DNA from: Marine Group III euryarchaeote CG-Epi1
Lineage (GTDB): Archaea; Thermoplasmatota; Poseidoniia; MGIII; CG-Epi1
NCBI GenBank assembly: GCA_001875345.1
Contig: MIZA01000019.1
Location: 1,579-65,578 of the forward strand
Direction of reading: 5' to 3'
Length of the DNA: 64,000 nucleotides
The translations under genes and the position numbers were made by a program. Shown one piece after another: positions 12,601 through 18,600 of the stretch. The notes below the pieces were generated by a model. The model had not been told where the DNA came from. It did no database searches and worked only from the letters and a program-made list of their open reading frames with translations. Numbering within the stretch: the stretch's first letter is position 1; each line of letters starts with the position of its first letter.

Positions 12601-15600
12601 AGTTATAAAATTTATAAATTCAGATAACAATTTACTTGTTGCTCAAGATTCTACAACAATCAATTTGGTTGATTCAGCTAATGTGTCCGCTATTGGTTCT
12701 ACTTTTGATTTTGTAATTTGCAATTCAGAATCTTCTCTATATCTAAAGAATTATTTCAGAATAAATGTTACAAGAGATGGTACACCTCTAGAGGGAGTTG
12801 ATCTGAAAGTCTGGGATGGAGATACGACAGTTTATTCAACAGAATATTTCGAAGGTAGTGATGATAAAACCGACTCCGATGGTTTTGTTAGAAATATTCT
12901 TGCAATATACAAAGTATATGATGGAAGTAGTTCAGGTACTGAAAATACCACTCACATCAAGGTTAGATATGGTGATTGGTTCTTGTCTGAAAGCGATATA
13001 TTTGACAAGTACACTATTATCAATGTAGACATTCCAGTATTCAGGGTTTATAATACAAATAGTGAAGATGGTTACAATTACATCCAGAGAGCAATTGATA
13101 ATGCATCTGCAGGAGATGAGATTATTTTATCAGCAGGTACATTTAACGAGAATATATTAATTGACAAAGAGTTGACTTTGACCGGTTCAGGAATTGGTAC
13201 GATTATAACTGTTCAACCACCATTTGGTATGGGTTCTCCACCAATTGCCGATTGGAGAGTGCCTGGAATTAATGTAACCTCATCTAACGTAGCTATTACT
13301 AATGTTTTAATCAGTAATTTCACAGTTGGAATATTAGCATCCAACGCAGACTCCTTACGACTGGATTCTGTTCACGTTTCAGGTATACAAGGAATTGGTA
13401 TTCACATACTATCTTCTGAAAACGTTGAGGCTAATGAAGTTACAGTTGAAGGAAGCGAAGGATCAAACATTATTGTCGAAGACAACTCAACGGGTATGTC
13501 TATTTCCAACTCGTTAATAGGCTGGTCAGAAGAGTCTGGAATAATAGTAAGGCAAAATTCAGATTTCTTTGAAATGAGTTATGTAAACATAGAGAATAAC
13601 GAAGATTATGGATGTCTTATTTCATCAGACTATGCAGATTTATCAAATGTAGTTATCACCAATAACGGTTTGAATGGAATTTATTTAACTTCTTCATTCG
13701 GTAGTTCTTTCACTGATTCTTCATTTAAGGGCAATGGTCTTTCTGAAGTAAAAGTTATTCAGTCAAATTCATTACTAATTGAAAACAGTGAATTTAATAG
13801 TACAGATCAGGATGGAGGAGGTTGGGGAATTGATGTTTCTTCTTCTCTAAATATTGATATTCATTACACGTATTTCGAGCTAGGTATTAGATTTACAGAT
13901 ACTGATGACTCGCATATTAGAGACAGTTATTTTGGTAACATAAGTTATGGTAACAATTACGACCAGAAGACTTCTATTTTACTTAGTGATAGCTTCCGAA
14001 ACAAAATTTCAGATAACGAAATTTATAATGTGGGGCTAGGCTTTGTTATACTTGGCGGATCAAATAACAACTCAATCGAAAATAATACAATTCAGGCAGC
14101 TTCTACTGATATCGAATATTATTCCTCTGGAGCCAACAATACATTTATCAATACAGAAATTGATATAGTAGATATTCTTGAGACCAGTTATTTCGAAATA
14201 TTAAATTACGTAGATATACAAATGTATACTGTTAATGGTCCAGTTGAAGGCGTCGAATTGAATATAACAACAGACGGTAATCCTATATTTGTAACAGAGC
14301 ATTATAGCGGAGACGATGAGGCAACATTTTCGGATGGCTTTATTGGCAGACTATTCTTAGTCAACGAAGTTTACAACGGAAATTGGATTGCTAGCAAACC
14401 TGAAACTGTTGTAGAGTATTATTACGACGATGAAGGATACTCCTATACCTTAGATACTGACGTAAGTGGCTATCAGAAAATTTATGTAAATCTTCGCCCA
14501 ACAGCTACAATTGATTACATTAAGGGCATAGGAGAGAATGCATCACTTATCGGAATTGAAGCGGTTAAAGGGGCAGACAAGCCTATTGTTGACGAATACA
14601 CTACAGCCTATTGGTCCTTTGATGAAGGTGAGGGTTCTGATGCCTCTGGCACCTTTGCCTCAGGAACTATTACACCTTCTCCACTTTGGGAGGAAGGTAG
14701 ACAAGGTTTAGAAGGCGATTATTCAATAGTGTTTGATGGTCTCTTTACTAAATTGACTACAGATATTGTACTTGAAGATCAAGAATTTACTGGAGAAGTA
14801 TGGTTCAAAACTTCTTCAAGCATGCCTATGGTCATTTTTTCAGATAATGATGCTTCAGGTTCTTGGGGACATTCTCTATACATCGACGGAGGCACCTTAG
14901 GATTTGACTTCACAGTTGATGGAGGCTCAGTTATTCGTCTTGATTCATCTGTAGTAGTTACAGATGGAGATTGGCACAATGTAGTTGTTGTAAGAGGTGA
15001 AGACTATGTTGAGTTGTGGTTAGATGGCGAATTTTTAGTAGAAACAAATTATGAGGGTCAAGTTGATTCTTCTTCATCAGTGATATATGTAGGTCAGAAT
15101 CCGCTCGGAGGAGAACTATTTAGCGGAAATATTGACGATTTGAAATTCTCTAACGTTCCAAGGCACAGTGAAGATTTCATGTCAGGCGTTGGCGTAGTTG
15201 AGTTTAGTTCTGTAGTTAATGATGAAGATGGAGTGATTATAGAATACGAATGGCGTTCATCAAGGGATGGAATTATTGGTAGTGATAAGAGGCTATTCTA
15301 TTCAGTAGATGATTTATCCGAAGGAACACATACTATTACTCTTGAAGTTATAGATAATAATGGAACAAGGTCCGATATTGATTCAATGCCACTAACAGTT
15401 ATGATGAGGCCAGATGCTTATTTCTTAAGTGTTAAGGTAAATGGCAGCTCTCAAGCTTGGGGCTGGGATCCAATACCTGTATTCGATGATGAATTTATTG
15501 AAATTAGAGGAGCTTCAGGTACATTACCTGGTCTCATATCTGAATATTATTGGTCCTCAGATTTAGATGGTAAAATAGCAGATGGACTTACTTTGAATAC

Positions 15601-18600
15601 AGATGAGCTGTCCAATGGTACTCACACTATCAAATTTAGTATTAAGGCTACAAATGGTCTCTGGAGTCCTGTTCAAACGTTATTGGTAGATGTTAATGGT
15701 CGACCAGTTATTGAAGCTGACGAAGCTGAATTGTCTGATACTGAAATTCTAAGAATGGGTTCCGCTAATTTCAAGGTACCTGTTGAAGATGACAGTACAG
15801 CAGGAAATGAGTTAGATTACCAAGTTTCTTACAGGGTAGACGGCGGAGAATGGCAGAATGATTACATTTCTAATGTGTCATTTAATGCTCAAAGCTCTGA
15901 TGTTGAATTTGACTTCAGTCCTGATGTAAATGCCGAAACTGGAGATTATGAATTCCGTGTGGTAGCTGATGATGGAGAGGGCGGTAAGCAACAAGTTCAG
16001 CTAACACAGACTATTAACGTTCAGAACAATGCACCAGAAATAGAAATCGATGATGTACCATTAGAGTTTGAAGAAGGTGAAACAATTGATTTCGGTGTAG
16101 AAGTAACGGATGTCGAAGGTGGAACTCCATCTGTAGTATGGTATGCAGATTGTGAAGGACAATGTACAGAAGCTGACGAAATTGGTACTGGTTCCAACTT
16201 CAGTTTTGCAAATAGCTTAGCACCTGGTGATCATACCATTAAAGTTAGAATCTTGGATTCAGAAGGTGGTTACAAAGAGCAAGAATACAATATTGTTGTC
16301 AAAGCAGCTCCTGAAAGCGCAAGCTTAGTTGAGACAGCTATAGCAGATTTGAGCAATAATTTACCATTGTTTGCAAGTGCTGGAATCGGATTGGTTATGA
16401 TTTTAGGAACTTTGCTATTCCGAAGAAGGTCTTCAGCAGAACCAGTAGTCGAAGGTCTTGTAGTTGATGATGGTGTATCACCTCAACAACAGCAAAATCA
16501 GCAAATGCCTCCTACAGAAGTACTAGATTGGGAAATTCCAACGGATGCCCAAGGTCAAGCGTTGATTATTGGTGAATACATGGCAAAACGCCGTGAATCA
16601 TACATCACGCATCCAAATAATGAAGAAGTTTTAGATTACTTGCACAACAACCGTGAAAGATTTACAATATCAACTTATTTTGAAGTTCCAAATGATCCAA
16701 CTAACGTTATTTCAGACTGGGCATTACCTGAAAATTTACGTGGTAATGTTCACTTAGATTCTTTCCGTCAACAAATTGTTGAGAGGATTACAAACAGTTC
16801 ACCAGACAAAAATTTCGTTATTATCGGAGAACCTGGAGTTGGTAAAACGGTAATGTTATTCGAAGTGTTTGACAGATTAATGAACAAAGCTCCTGTAGGC
16901 ATTTTGACCACAGATACAATAGCTAAAGCTCATGAAATGTTCGGAGTACGTGTATTTTACGATGATATACCAGAGAATCAGGATTTAGTCGAAGCTTTAA
17001 CTGAAAATGAAGTTAAAGGAGTCATAGTTAGTTCAAGAGAAGCAGATTGGAAGGCTCTTCCAACAGAAATGCAAGCTAAATTCGATCGCTTGACTGTACC
17101 TCTCTTCAGCGAATTGGATATGAAAGCCATGATTGAGAAAATGATGGGATTCCAAAGTATTGGTCACAATGATGAGGCTGTGGCTATACTTGCAGAATAT
17201 GCAGAAGGAAGCCCAATCTATGTTTGGTCCATGGTTAGAGAAATGATGCACAGGAGTGTCAAAACTTTAACAAAAGAGTACATTGAAGAAAATTCAGTTA
17301 AAGGAATGCTAAATTATGTGGCACAGCTATTACAGAGATTACTCAAAGATGGAGAAGAATATCGTAAAGGAGGTCTCCACGCATTAGCTTCTTTGATTTT
17401 CCTTTCAGATCACATGGAAGAGCGTTACTGTAACGATTATTTCTTTGATGCATACGTTGAAGTTCTGTCCAAGTATACTGAAGAAAAATTAGATGATAAA
17501 ATGAATCCAAAAACATTGAATTTGGTTTTAGCTTATTTACCAATTAACGACAGTGTTATCAGATTCCCTCACGATACTTGGCCGGATGTATTGCAAGGAT
17601 GGGGTGACATGAATCCATTTAGTACAGAATTAAGGATGATAAACCGTGCTTTTGCAGATTCAGGAATATTCCAAGATTTAAAGAAGGAAGTTGTCAAAGA
17701 AGTCTGGGACTCTACATACGAAAGATACAAGAGAACTCCATCCAGGCAAAAGAATTCATTCTTGGCATTGGCAGACACATTATTCCAGAACTTTACTATT
17801 GATGAATTGAAAGAGTTGGGTGTAGACATAGACATTGTTAGGCAAGTTGCATCTACATACTCACACATTCCACAAGCAGCAAAGTTAATTTCCAAAATTC
17901 AAGCTGTTTTACCACAGACAGTTACAAGGATTATCAATATGCAGGACATAGGCTCTGAAAGTAGTCATGCACCGTACAAGATTCAAGAAATGTACTTAAT
18001 TTACAATGATGGTCGAATGCTATCAAGTTTAATGGATGAGGAAGCTAAAGTCGATGAAGATATTATGAGTAGTATGTTAACTGCAATCAATGACTTTGTT
18101 AAGGATTCATTCCAAACAACTGGAAACTTGGGTTCGATAGATTATGGCGAAAATCAAATTATCCTTGAAAGAGGAAAGCATACTATGCTTGCTTCCGTAG
18201 TTTATGGTGAGGCTAACAGAGATTTACGATCTAGAATGAGTCGTGCTTTGACAAAGATTGAAGATGAATTTAAATCAGATATTAAAGATTGGAATGGCGA
18301 CGTTGACAGCCTTAGCGGAACAGTGAAGCATCTTCAACCGATTATGGACATAAGTAAGTCAGTCACAAAAGATATGATTGATGAACTTCAAGCATTAAAA
18401 TCGGTTAACTTACGCTCTAGTTGGACACAGGTTGCAGGATTCGTTCAAGTTAATATTTTGATTAATAATTATTCAAAGAAGCAACTTAAAGGAGCAAAAT
18501 TAACTTTAGAATATGGTGCTGACTTCATGAAGGTAGTAAAAACTGAGCCTAAATTCAAGTACAAGGTTACAGAGGTTGATATCAAGAAAGTACCAGCCAA

